Below are positions 53,265-64,000 of a stretch of DNA of 64,000 nucleotides, piece by piece (the first letter of the stretch is position 1; every line of letters starts with the position of its first letter). Made by a program: the position numbers and the translations under genes. The DNA is from Octopus sinensis (Eukaryota): positions 19,158,001 to 19,222,000 of the forward strand of contig NC_043014.1 of NCBI RefSeq assembly GCF_006345805.1, given 5' to 3'. Under the pieces are notes generated by a model that worked only from the letters and a program-made list of their open reading frames with translations, was not told where the DNA came from and did not search any database.

Positions 53265-55470
53265 TAACGACCAATAGAATAGATTATTATCAAAGAATTC
53301 CTAATATTGGGCTACAAGTTACCATACATGCCAAGTACATTCCTGAGTATCCAGACTGTCCTTAATAACACTGTTCTCTGGAGCTGCAACTTGTTTTATG
53401 TCTATTTTCTCTATTGATCTGTTAGATTCATTCAGAATATTTCCTTCTGCACCAATAACTACTGGAGTGCATTTTTTCCACACTTTCCATAAACTCAGTA
53501 ACTCAATACCTAGGTCCTGTTGCTTTGCTATTTTCTCTACACCTCTCATATTGACTTTCTCCCCATTCATGACTGTAAAATCAATTACCAGACACTTTCT
53601 ATTCTCTTTGTCTACTACTACTAAATCAGGCCATCTTGCTTCTATTACTCTCTCAATCTGAATGTTAAAATCCTACATCTAATATTTCTTACCTTCTAAC
53701 ACTTTACTAGGTCCGTGCTCATACCATTAAAATCTTAGCTCCCAGTGGATTATTCTCCTTAGGTTACCATGTCCTTTCTTGTATTCTTTCTGTGCCAGCA
53801 TATTGCATTCACTAACTATATGTGTAACACTTTCCTTCTTTGATAAATATAGCCTAAAATGGGAATCTACCTGGTTTTTTATCTACCTTAGCTTTTATCC
53901 AATTAGTCTACAATACCTGATCTTCTGCTGCTACTAGCAAACCTCTCTCATTTTTCAGCCTTCCTTTTTGCTACCACGACCAATCTCCGTCACCCTATTT
54001 CCTGCAACTATACTTCGAAAGCTTTCCCTTACCAGTCAGATAACCTCGCTTCTTTTTTGCTGGTTTTAAACTTGATTTAGCTTTTCGGTTTCCCTGTCTC
54101 CTACTTTTACATGAGCAGCACTTAATACAGTTTCCTTACAGTTTTCTATATATGATGCCATATCTACTCTTACTAATTTCACACAGTCTTCAACTCATAT
54201 TACACCTTTATCACCTTCCTTTCTAGGTAAAGTCAATCTTGCTACTCCTAATCTAGGATCAATTCCTCCATTCATATTGAATTCCGTACTAGTTCTGTCT
54301 AGATTTAGTAATTCAGATTTTGTCCTCTCTACAAAGACTGTGGAATAACTGAGTAACGATAGTGCCCAAGTATTTAAAACTTTCTCTAGATTCGGACTAT
54401 TTAGCTTTGACTGCATTAACCTCTCCTGCACTCTTTCATAATTTTCTCATCCATTTCTATAGTTAGTACTCTGTCAGATTCTAATGCTTTCACTGATTTT
54501 AATATCTGGCCATCTGGTAATTATCCAATTACCAGATGGCCAGATATAACTCTTTTACTCTCTTTTACTCTTTTACTTGTTTCAGTCATTTGACTGCGGC
54601 CATGCTGGAGCACCGCCTTTAGTCGAGCAAATCGACCCCAGGACTTATTCTTTGTAAGCCCAGTACTTATTCTATCGGTCTCTTTTGCCGAACCGCTATG
54701 TGACGGGAACGTAAACACACCAGCATCAGTTGTCAAGCCAATGCTAGGGGGACAAACACAGACACACAAACATACACACACACATATATATATACATACA
54801 TATATACGACGGGCTTCTTTCAGTTTCCGTCTACCAAATCCACTCACAAGGCTTTGGTTGGCCCGAGGCTATAGTAGAAGACACTTGCCCAAGATGCCAC
54901 GCAGTGGGACTGAACCCGGAACCATGTGGTTGGTAAGCACGCTACTTACCACACAGCCACTCCTGCGCCTATAAAATTCATTAAAATCATTAAAATTCAT
55001 AAAATGCCTTCGTTGCTGACCGTCTTTTTTATGACTAATATTGCGCACTTATCAATGCCAAATTCCATGCCTATATCTTTGCTGAAGTGTCTTACAGTTT
55101 GAATTAAGATAGCTATCTCTGTCTATTCTTATTAAAAAGCTTCAGATCATCCATGTAGAGCAAATGGTTAGTTTTCCTTTACTATTTCTAAACTGATACT
55201 TGCCTTTGCCTTACTTAAAACTGAACTGAGGTGGACTAGAAATAACACAGATATTGAGGGCGATAACGAATCACCTTGAACATTCTGTTCTTGATATCGA
55301 CTTTCCCAAAGGCTGTGTCATCTGAGTAAAGATCTACTTTACATTTCTTCATGCTATTGCTAATTAATTCTCTTATGTTGTCTGTAATTCTGAATATACT
55401 CAAACTTTCACTCATCCATGATTGTAGAATCACGTCTGCTATAGGCTTTCCTATAATGTATCCAGGATAC
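53265..55470 (-). mobile_element. R4/Dong-clade LINE remnant (RT to RLE) ending at (TAA)n
   Basis: NHLLYMDDLK at 55140-55169; LNTWALSLLSY...RLTLPRKEGDKG; WPDLVVVDKENRKCLVID; TPVVIGAEG. Confidence 0.9.
54553..54972 (-). mobile_element. Full-length tRNA/CORE-type SINE family A nested in the R4/Dong element
   Basis: Reverse complement GGCGCAGGAGTGGCTGTGTGGTAAG (A box)...GGTTCAGTCCC (B box)...CTTGGGCAAGTGTCTTCTAC (CORE-like), internal (TA)/(TG) tract, (AAAAGAGT)n-like tail. Confidence 0.93.
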
Positions 55471-57285
55471 ATTTCCTACAATCTATCTTGCACCCTTACT
55501 TGTTAGAAGCTTATAGTATTCGTGTGCGAGAATTGTATAAGCATTATATTTGTTTATGTGTAAGCAAGAAACATTAATATACAAATGTGTAGAAATAGGA
55601 ATGTATATGTGATTAATTTTCATACTCACAGTTTTGGTCGTAGCACCGTTGTATACGAATCGCACAGCTACTCGTATTGTTTATACTTTTGCGCACGTGC
55701 TTTGCCGCGACAACGCATCTGGATGAAGCTAAGCTTCATATACATCATATATGAAAGAAATCTTTCAGGTTCCTGAAATGATTTACATTAAAACAGTTTT
55801 CTTTCATATTTTTGCGGTTTCTTAAATTCTTCTTGACGATGATCTCAGATTTAATCTTTCCACACACGGAGTACTCTGATATAAGATTGCAAAAAAGATA
55901 AAAAATAAAAAGAGATGAAACAATTTTCCACAAAATGTAAACACACAACGGAATGCAAAAGAAGATGAAGGAAGTATACGTTTTGGTGAACATTAATAGA
56001 AGAAAACGCTGAAATTCTCGAATAAGTAGATAATGACACTATTAACAAAAACAACAGAAGTAGAGGCTCTCTTATACGATTTCAAAGTTTGCGGTTCGTT
56101 AATACGAATGTTTCATGATGATAAATAGAAACTAAGCAGAGTTTCACACTGTTACATAAAAGAAGCGTAGGTGGGAAAATTTTAAAAAATCGATCGAGCA
56201 ACTTTTCTTCGCCCTATGAGATAATCCGGGAGAAAATAAGAATAAAATTATATCTGCTTGTGAAAGACGGAAGCGGGCTAAATTTCACTCCTGACATCAA
56301 GTAGTACAACCGGCTGTCTAGGACATATTGCATGAACTTTTCTTAATTGAAAAATGGCAAAAGTGATGCCACTATCTATTGTATCTTTAAAACTAAAGAT
56401 GCAGCCAAAGCATTAGCTGAAGCTATTAGATGTATCTTTTGTCTGTTCATTTGTGTTCCGGTACAATGGTCCAAAGAAACACGAGTGACAACATGAGATA
56501 TAAAAAAAATTATGTTGAACTGTAGTTAATTGTGACTTTTACATCGCAATATGTGGGAGTGGTCAAAGAAATACTAAGAAAAATATGACATATGGTTAGG
56601 TGCCATCAAAAGGGATTTGCAATTCATAATGACACTCAAGGGTCACAAAGCCATAGTGAACTTGTGCCAAATAGAAAGCGCCATGGCAAGGAGAATTAGT
56701 TAGTTATACAGGACAGAATTCCTAGTTGCTACGTAAAACTTATCTTAGAGTTGAATATCTGGAAGATTTGTGAAGATTAGTTATAGGGAAAACAAGCCAA
56801 AATAATGATCGTTAACAGCAACAACCGAAAGAACCAGAAATCTCAATTTCTAGGCCAAAGACGTCAAAATTCTGGAGGTGCTAAAGCATCTGTTTACCCA
56901 TCGGCAATGATAGATGAGTAAACGCTTCGTCTCCAACAGTGTCAGCCTGGAATGATACAATGCAGATAAAAATCTACAAAACATCGGTGAAAGGAGAAAA
57001 TAAATTATATAAAAACAGAAAAAACAAATCAACATAAAACACAGAAAACAAGTGAGGAGGAACAATTACTTCTAAGAGTAAAGGAAATCTCTTCTCAGAA
57101 AAACAAACAAGAAAATAACGGAACGATGATGAGATAAGATATGCTACAAAGCTACATCGCATTTGTAAAAAGAAACTTTCCCGGAGAGTACATAGAAAAG
57201 TCATAGGTACAGAACAAATAGACAAACCCACAAATACCCAAAGTATGGGTGATGTATGTGAACCTGGAAGCTAAGACAGTAGTTT

Positions 57286-57607
57286 AGTTCTGTATTTAAG
57301 AGATGAGGAATTATGTACATTATTTACATTATTTATATGATTTACATTATTTACATTATTTACAATTGACGGATATTTGTCCTCATCTTGTTTTTTGTTA
57401 ACGCAACTTTTCGGCTGATATACCCTCTGTAGCCTTCTTCAGGTTTCTTGGGGAAATTTCAAACCTGGGTTCTCATTCCTAAGATTGTTGTTGTTGTTGT
57501 TGTTCAGGTCACTGCTTGAAATCGAACTCGGAATCTTGGGGTTAGTAGCCCGCGCTCTTAACCACTGCACCATATGCCAGTGGGCATATGGCGTAGTAGT
57601 TAAGAGC
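57286..57607 (-). mobile_element. Solo tRNA-head/hammerhead module with a short head-to-head inverted head fragment
   Basis: 57286-57578 is the reverse complement homolog of 41655-41978 (CTGAAGA-AGGCT...AGCC-GAAA); 57583-57607 GGCATATGGCGTAGTAGTTAAGAGC restarts the head on +. Confidence 0.88.
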
Positions 57608-57699
57608 TTGACGTGCGCAGTAGCGAAGGCAGTGCCAATTTCCCTGACACGCATTTAGCGCAGGATTCCTTCGAGGTCTTGAAGCTTTTTAAGAAAGTT

Positions 57700-58690
57700 A
57701 CACTCTTTAGAGCGCAGAGGGAGAGTGTAATTTACATTTCAGACGCAGATTTGGTTTCGGAAAGGCTAATTATTATAAAAGTTTTGAAAATCTGCTTAAA
57801 TAATCCCAAATGTCTTTGCAGGTACCGACTAAATCCCCGAATGTGTATCGTGAGTATGGGGTAACAGTATTAATTCATCTAGAAGGCATCTAGATAGGGT
57901 TTTTATTATTGGGTGGAAATATAGGTTATTACGAGGATCACAAATTTTTAATCTATAGAGAGAGATGATAAACAGGTATTCAGTGGATCGTAAAGTTTAT
58001 TGCGATCGTATTAACTAATTAATTAGTTGATTGTTAATGAGGAAAAACGTCAACAACCAATGATACAACTCTCAGAAAAAGAATGGGAACGAAAGTGGGC
58101 TAGTGAGGAAATCACAGGAGGTAATTAGAAAAAGCATCGCGAATAATGTGCTGGCCTTTTCTGTTTCATTTCTGCAACACGAAACTCGAAGGTTGTATTA
58201 CAAGGGCTAACGCACAGTAAGACACAGTGGAAAGAAAGCCGTTTGACCGGTTGGAGTGGAGAGGCGTAACGAGGCAAGGGTTTGGATTTTGACCCGATTT
58301 CAAGAGAATATGCGCGGATTTCCAGCGGCACTTTACTCAACTGCTCATGGTGAGCGATGGGCTAAAGATAGAATTTACTTTGAAGACCTACTGCAAACAT
58401 TGGTTGAAAATTAGTGAGATACGGATGGTAGTAATTAGCTCTACGCGGGGCAAATCACTTAGTTTGGATGCTCTACCCTATAAATGCGAGACGTCTTCAC
58501 TCAGTTGTGTAAATCGATGCTGAGAAAAGACATACACAAGATTAATTTACTAGACAAGTTCCGGTCAACGATTTCGCACAATGCAGAGCACAAAATTTTG
58601 ATCATGTTGTTAGCAAACAGTTTGTTATCAGTAGTTACCTCGTTAACGAGCAAGCATGCAATCAGATCTATCTACGACATCCCACACTTT
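57700..58690 (+). mobile_element. Decayed L1/Tx1-clade ORF2 (APE end to RT N-terminus)
   Basis: HLDRVF...DHKF; ICADFQRHFTQLL; RGKSLSLDALPY (cf. GKSPGLDGLP); LRKD...KFRSTISHNAEHKILIMLLANSL (cf. NFRPITLLNxxxKILAKVLAxRL). Confidence 0.72.
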
Positions 58691-59419
58691 TTTTAATATA
58701 TTATAGAGTAGATAGATAACAAACCTGGCTGTCAATGAGGTCCCATTTTCAGAGGCTAGATCGCAAAGTTATACACTGCTGCCTACCCGAAGGTTAAATT
58801 TGTGAAACGTTGTAGGTTCCAACTTAATTGTTACCGTTTTAATTCTGCCACTTTTGGCAATCTCGTTAATAATTGGCCGATTTGTATTATTAGTTGTGTT
58901 GACGTTGATAAATCGAATTAGATAAAAAAAAAATTACAATATAAAAAAAAACCTATTTGTTCACATAATTCACAATTTGAAATTTAGCTAAAAATTAAAG
59001 CAGAAACATCAATTTTGCTTTTACAACTGAAATTTTTAAAAAAATTAATGGTAAAACGGTGTTGGGAGGAAGACACTGAAGTTAAGAACGAATATTAATG
59101 AAAGATGATGTAGTATCTACTTTAATAAGGATAAAAGCATTAATGTTTATAGAATAAAAATATATACTTTATATGATGAAGAAAATCTAGAAAAAAATGT
59201 ATGTAGACACGTATATGTATACCAAGATACGTTCAGGCATACAAACGCGCGCACACAGGTAAACGGTTTGATAAGAGATAATAAGAAGGGGAATATAAAA
59301 TATGTATAATGATGATAGAAATATTGATAAACGCTGTAGTAAAAAAATATGGCAAACAAAAAATAATATAATACTATACTAAGACTGAAAGTGAAATATC
59401 AATATTTAAGGAAGTAAGA

Positions 59420-59880
59420 GGGCGGCGAGCTAGCAGAAGCGTTAGCGCGCCGGCGAAATGCTTATCATTATTTCGTCTGCCGCTACGTTCTGAGTTCAAA
59501 TTCTGCCGAGGTCGACTTTGCCTTTCATCCTTTCGGGGTCGATTAAATAAGTATCAGTTACGCACTAGGGTCGATATAATCGACTTAATCCGTTTGTCTG
59601 TCCTTGTTTGTCCTGTCTGTGCTTAGCCCCTTGTGGGTAGTAAAGCAAATAGGTATTTCGTCTGCCGCAACGTTCTGAGTTCAAATTCTACCGAGGTCGA
59701 CTTTGCTTTTCATCCTTTCGGTGTCGATTAAATAAGTACCAGTTACGCACTGGGGTCGATATGATGGACTTAATCCGTTTGTCTGTCCTTGTTCGTCCTC
59801 TCTGTGGGTAGTAAAGAAATATGTATTTCTCCCGTTCTGTGTTCAAATTTCGGCGAACTCGACTTTGCTATTCATCCTGT
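59420..59880 (+). mobile_element. SINE family B, dimer plus partial third unit
   Basis: Units restart at GGTATTTCGTC (59652) and TGTATTTC (59822). Confidence 0.9.
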
Positions 59881-59971
59881 CTGTTTAAATAAAATACCTA
59901 CCAACTTAGCTGATACCCGTAACTTGCTGGCCTTGTGTTAAAAATTTGAAACAATATTTAAGGTAGTAGTA

Positions 59972-60185
59972 AGGCGGTTAGCTGGCGGAATCGTTAACAC
60001 GTGTGGCATAATCCTTAGCGGTACTTCGTATGTCTTTACATTCTGAGTTCAAATTCCGACGTGGTCGACTTTGCACTTCATCCCTTCGGGGTCGATAAAA
60101 TAAGTACCAGTTAAGCACTGGTATTGATGTAATCGACTTACTCCCTTCCCCGATCTTGCTGGACTTGTGCCGGAATTTGAAACCA
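59972..60185 (+). mobile_element. SINE family B, monomer subfamily
   Basis: GGCGGTTAGCTGGCGGAATCGTTA...GTCGACTTTGCACTTCATCCCTTCGGGGTCGATAAAATAAGTACCAG. Confidence 0.85.
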
Positions 60186-62236
60186 GTATTTAAGGTTTTG
60201 TGATTGAAGCTGAAATTTGCAAGGAAAGTTAGTAGGTTTATTGTCCGAAATATTGTTGTTTCTACCAGTATACACTACTGTTTTATTGTATTTCAATATT
60301 TTGTTAGTTTTATGTCTACATTTGTAGGCATAGACATGGTTGTTTTGTTCAAAATGTTCCATTTGCAATGACGTGGTATCGCGTTTGATCGCCACCTCAG
60401 GTTCCTGATTGGCTCAGAGTTACTCCAAAAATCTCTTGGTATATTTCTCACCGTCACAATAAATTTCTACCGGATTTTAACATTCTCTGCAGCTGTCGAG
60501 TCGTCTGGTCGCTGCCTGATCGCAACCACCTCATACAACACACAGCTCACCTTAGCTCTTATATCCTTTTAAGTCAGCTAACTGGCCGGAACTTTTAGCT
60601 TTGCACCTGATCTAATCGAAATAGTTAGGCAGGTGGCCAAAACTATCCTTCTAAGCACTAACCACACAACTTCATGTTTTACCCACCCCCTCACACACAC
60701 GCACGCACACACACACACACAACACACACACACACACACACACAACACACACACACACACAAGTAACATGGAAATAAAATAATACAATTACTTGTTTAGA
60801 ATGAAAACTAGGCGTACAAAGTCTGGAGAAACTTAACCTACCACGCAAAGTTATGCGGCATTTAACTAGAAATGCTACTCTAGTAAGACCACTAATTGAA
60901 TCACGAAGTATATATCATCGTGCACAGCACAGATCTCAATCTGTTCAGTTTGCAAAACTGCTGCTGATCGTCCAAGGCCTTTTATTATCAAAATAATCTC
61001 TTACAACTTTACAGAATTTTTACAGAAATAGACGGCTTTGCTCCCAGTTTTTTACTCGACACCGCAATGCGTAGGTTTGGTAAGTCTCCTTCAAAACTAT
61101 CTGCTACCAACCCACTAGATTCACTAACTTGCATACATACATGGTTCATGCAAAGGTTTCTCATGTCGATTTTCAAACAAAGAAAATCTTGGGGTCTTAT
61201 CAACATCTCTTCCATTATCTTCAAATATTGCGCCCAGAAATAAATCCAATTCTACCTTACACTTCACTTCCTCTCTCTCTCTCTCTATAGATATGTATCA
61301 TGATTTTTGGAAACATGCTGTATCCCATTTCTAAGAATTACAAACACTGTGCACATCTTGCCGAATCGCATTCTAATACATTTTTAATATCTCTTAAAAG
61401 AAAAATGAGATACGCTATCAAGAACGACGGTCTTCAATGCCTTGAATATGCTTATCATCTTTATCGATCGCCAGAACAGCTTCCATCAAGATAAAAATCA
61501 CTCGAGAAATAGGCTCTCAAGAGGAATTTTATGCAGCTCAAAGAAACTTCTCTACTTTTCGGAATTTGAGTGTTTCGAGTTACTTCCTTTCCGGCACTCC
61601 AAACTCGCTCGTTTCTTTTATTTTCCCCCCCACATATTGCTTTTAACACTCAAATCCTCGCAGTAACCACTAAATCTAACCAGTAATCCTTAAAACATTA
61701 GCCCTCAGGATCTTCCAGTATGTCTTTCCTACAAGGGTTGACTTGTAATGGTTTAAGTGGATCGTTAATGCTATTAATTTCACGATTGCCGGAGGGTATG
61801 AAAAGGTCACATGCACTGTCCTTCAATCAGATCCAGTAAGTAAAAGATGCATTAACAGAAATAATAATATTACTTCACAGCGTACAATCTGACTTGCTCT
61901 GCAGTTTGATCTAACTCCTTACTCTATGTGGAAAATACAACTTTCAGAACAAAGCAACTACACAGCCAAGGATTAATGTGCAGTACTGTTAGTTTTAGTC
62001 CTTCTGAAAAATATAATAATGATTAATATTTTTCAATGCTATGGTGTATCAACATTTTAATAATCATTTATATATTCGTTATGCTTTGTAACAGAGATAG
62101 GCAACTTTTGTGAGAAGCGGGCCGTATGAAATGTGAGTGATCATTAGTCGCGGGCCGCACAAGTAAAAACAATTCAAGATGATTTTTTACGTCAGCTGTG
62201 CCATTCGGAAAGTCTTTCGGCCCATGGCTGATTTAT

Positions 62237-62275
62237 ATCATCAACGTCGTCGTTGTCGTCGTTGTCATCGTTTTT

Positions 62276-62312
<37 letters not shown>

Positions 62313-62342
62313 ACATCATCATCGTCTTCGTCGTCGTCGTCG

Positions 62343-62388
<46 letters not shown>

Positions 62389-62450
62389 AATCATAATCAT
62401 CATCATCATCATCATAATCATAATCATCATCATCATCATCGTCATCATTC
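62237..62450. repeat. (CAT)n/(CGT)n microsatellite
   Basis: Directly visible. Confidence 0.95.
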
Positions 62451-62749
62451 ATACTAGCTGGACGTTTGTCGTATCGATCGAAATTTTATCTGTTTATTCG
62501 TGTCTCCAAAACTTGTTAATTGTTTAATTTTGTTACAAAACGTTTGTTGATGCGACTAACATTGCACAGGCCTGGTCTGCTTGCCTGTTTGTTTCCCCTT
62601 GCGGGGTTAAATTCGGAAACAAAATTTTCATTTCTTTTTCACGGAAAAATAATATTTAAAAGAAGCATGGTGATGTCTGCCCTGCTCGATGACATATAAT
62701 AGGATGTCAGAGGTGGCTACCATAGTGAATTGCAATACACGTCAGTGCC

Positions 62750-64000
62750 ATTCGCTTCCAATCCTCAAATGCAAATGGAGGAAACCACTCACCAAGTTCA
62801 GAGTCCAGTGGACTACATTACCACTATAATGACTAACAGCAGCAGCAACTGCAACGACAAAACAGCACGGGAATTTAATGCCAGCTATGAAATTGACTTC
62901 CTCAATGAAATTGACAACACTGCAGGCATCAACCAACATAGTCTGCACCAACTTCATCACCACCACCGCTACAACAACAAAAAGTTTGTTTGAAGGAAAA
63001 GAGCAACAACAATGCAACACAAATGCAAATTTATTTCTGCAGCACAAATGCAAATTTATTTCCAACATGAATAGCAATAACAAGACTCAATACAATAACA
63101 ACAACAATGCATTCGCAGCAACGGTCGCTAAGGGTATTGAACTGTATAATATGGATATCCTACAAAAAGACAAGCCTGGCCCAAGTAACCAAATTAATGA
63201 AGCTGGAAAAATCACGGGCCTGAAAACCATCCCACCCGAGGTGTTGGCAGAAACACTAAAAAAAACAAACAAACAGTAAATGTTTTTCCATAAACAGAAA
63301 ATGGCCAGAGGCAGCTAGTCAGGCTAAAAGAAATAATGCTTCACATTCAATATATGTTCGCGCATTTCATTGCTCTTCAAGAGTGAAGTTGTGGTCGCCA
63401 AACACTCTGTGGTTCCGTTAGAGTAAAAATATGTTCCCCGTCAACCATATTTAGGAAGGCGGATGGTGAAAGGGAAGATCTCAGAAATTCCACCCGAGCT
63501 GAATATAGGATGGATTTTAGCTTGCGTTGTCTTGAAAGGGAATATCTGCCTCCTGGAAGTGAAGCGAACCCGTCATGAAAATTGGTCTCGGATCAGTGTG
63601 GAGGTGCTATTCAACATCAATCCAGACATAATCCACAATATCCTAGACCATTTTCGCTTTCGGGAGGGGGGGGGTTTCATGATATAGTTGAGGATAGAAG
63701 GCTTCAGTACCAAATTTTTGGAAAGACAGGTCACTTGAATGCTTTTTGCCTTCAACGTAAAACAGAGAACTATCTTACTGATAACATCAGATCCCCAAAG
63801 AAACAACAAAATCGTCAGCGAACAATGACAAAAGCGGCACCAATCCCTGCAAGAGCGGCAACCTCAACGTAAGGAACATCAAAATCAGCAACTGCTGGAA
63901 GGACACCAGCACAAGTAACAACTGAAACACCAGCAACAACACCAGCAGCAGATGCACTATTATTTCTTCAACAGCAGAAAGAAAAATGACGCACACATAC
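62750..64000 (+). mobile_element. Probable decayed LINE ORF1 (gag-like)
   Basis: Low-complexity N-terminus, FAATVAKG, ISEIPPELNIGWILA, then IVEDRRLQYQIFGKTGHLNAFC (degenerate CCHC knuckle after a VEGR-like motif); several frameshifts. Confidence 0.55.

Noticed and set aside
56200-57250. ORF1 of the L1/Tx1 remnant at 57700
   Set aside because: Position and A-rich bias fit, but no clear motif survives.
60870-61850. Coding-looking non-repetitive stretch
   Set aside because: No long frame and no recognisable motif on either strand.

Overview
AT-rich, microsatellite-saturated animal DNA. The repeat families resemble those I associate with octopus/coleoid cephalopod genomes; this is an inference, not a database result. 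I find no host protein-coding gene: nearly all supplied ORFs are microsatellite translations or decayed transposon frames. The window contains fragments of R4/Dong, HERO/R2-like, RTE and L1/Tx1 LINEs, Tc1/mariner, pogo, Merlin-like and Helitron/Helentron DNA elements, several tRNA-derived SINE families and Penelope-like elements (PLEs). The main hidden signal is a set of minimal type-I hammerhead ribozymes from at least three unrelated repeat families. (1) A PLE whose GIY-YIG frame stops inside a tRNA-like Pol III head, followed by (AAT)n and a hammerhead; this module also occurs alone and as inverted copies (40.9-42.0, 48.7, 57.3-57.6 kb). (2) A non-coding ~465 bp unit inserted in (TA)n, in direct/inverted arrays, whose hammerhead stems covary between loci (27.5-28.3 and 50.0-50.6 kb). 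(3) An apparently intact GUC-cleaving hammerhead at 35.1 kb. All base-pairings and translations were done by eye; degenerate-element boundaries are approximate.
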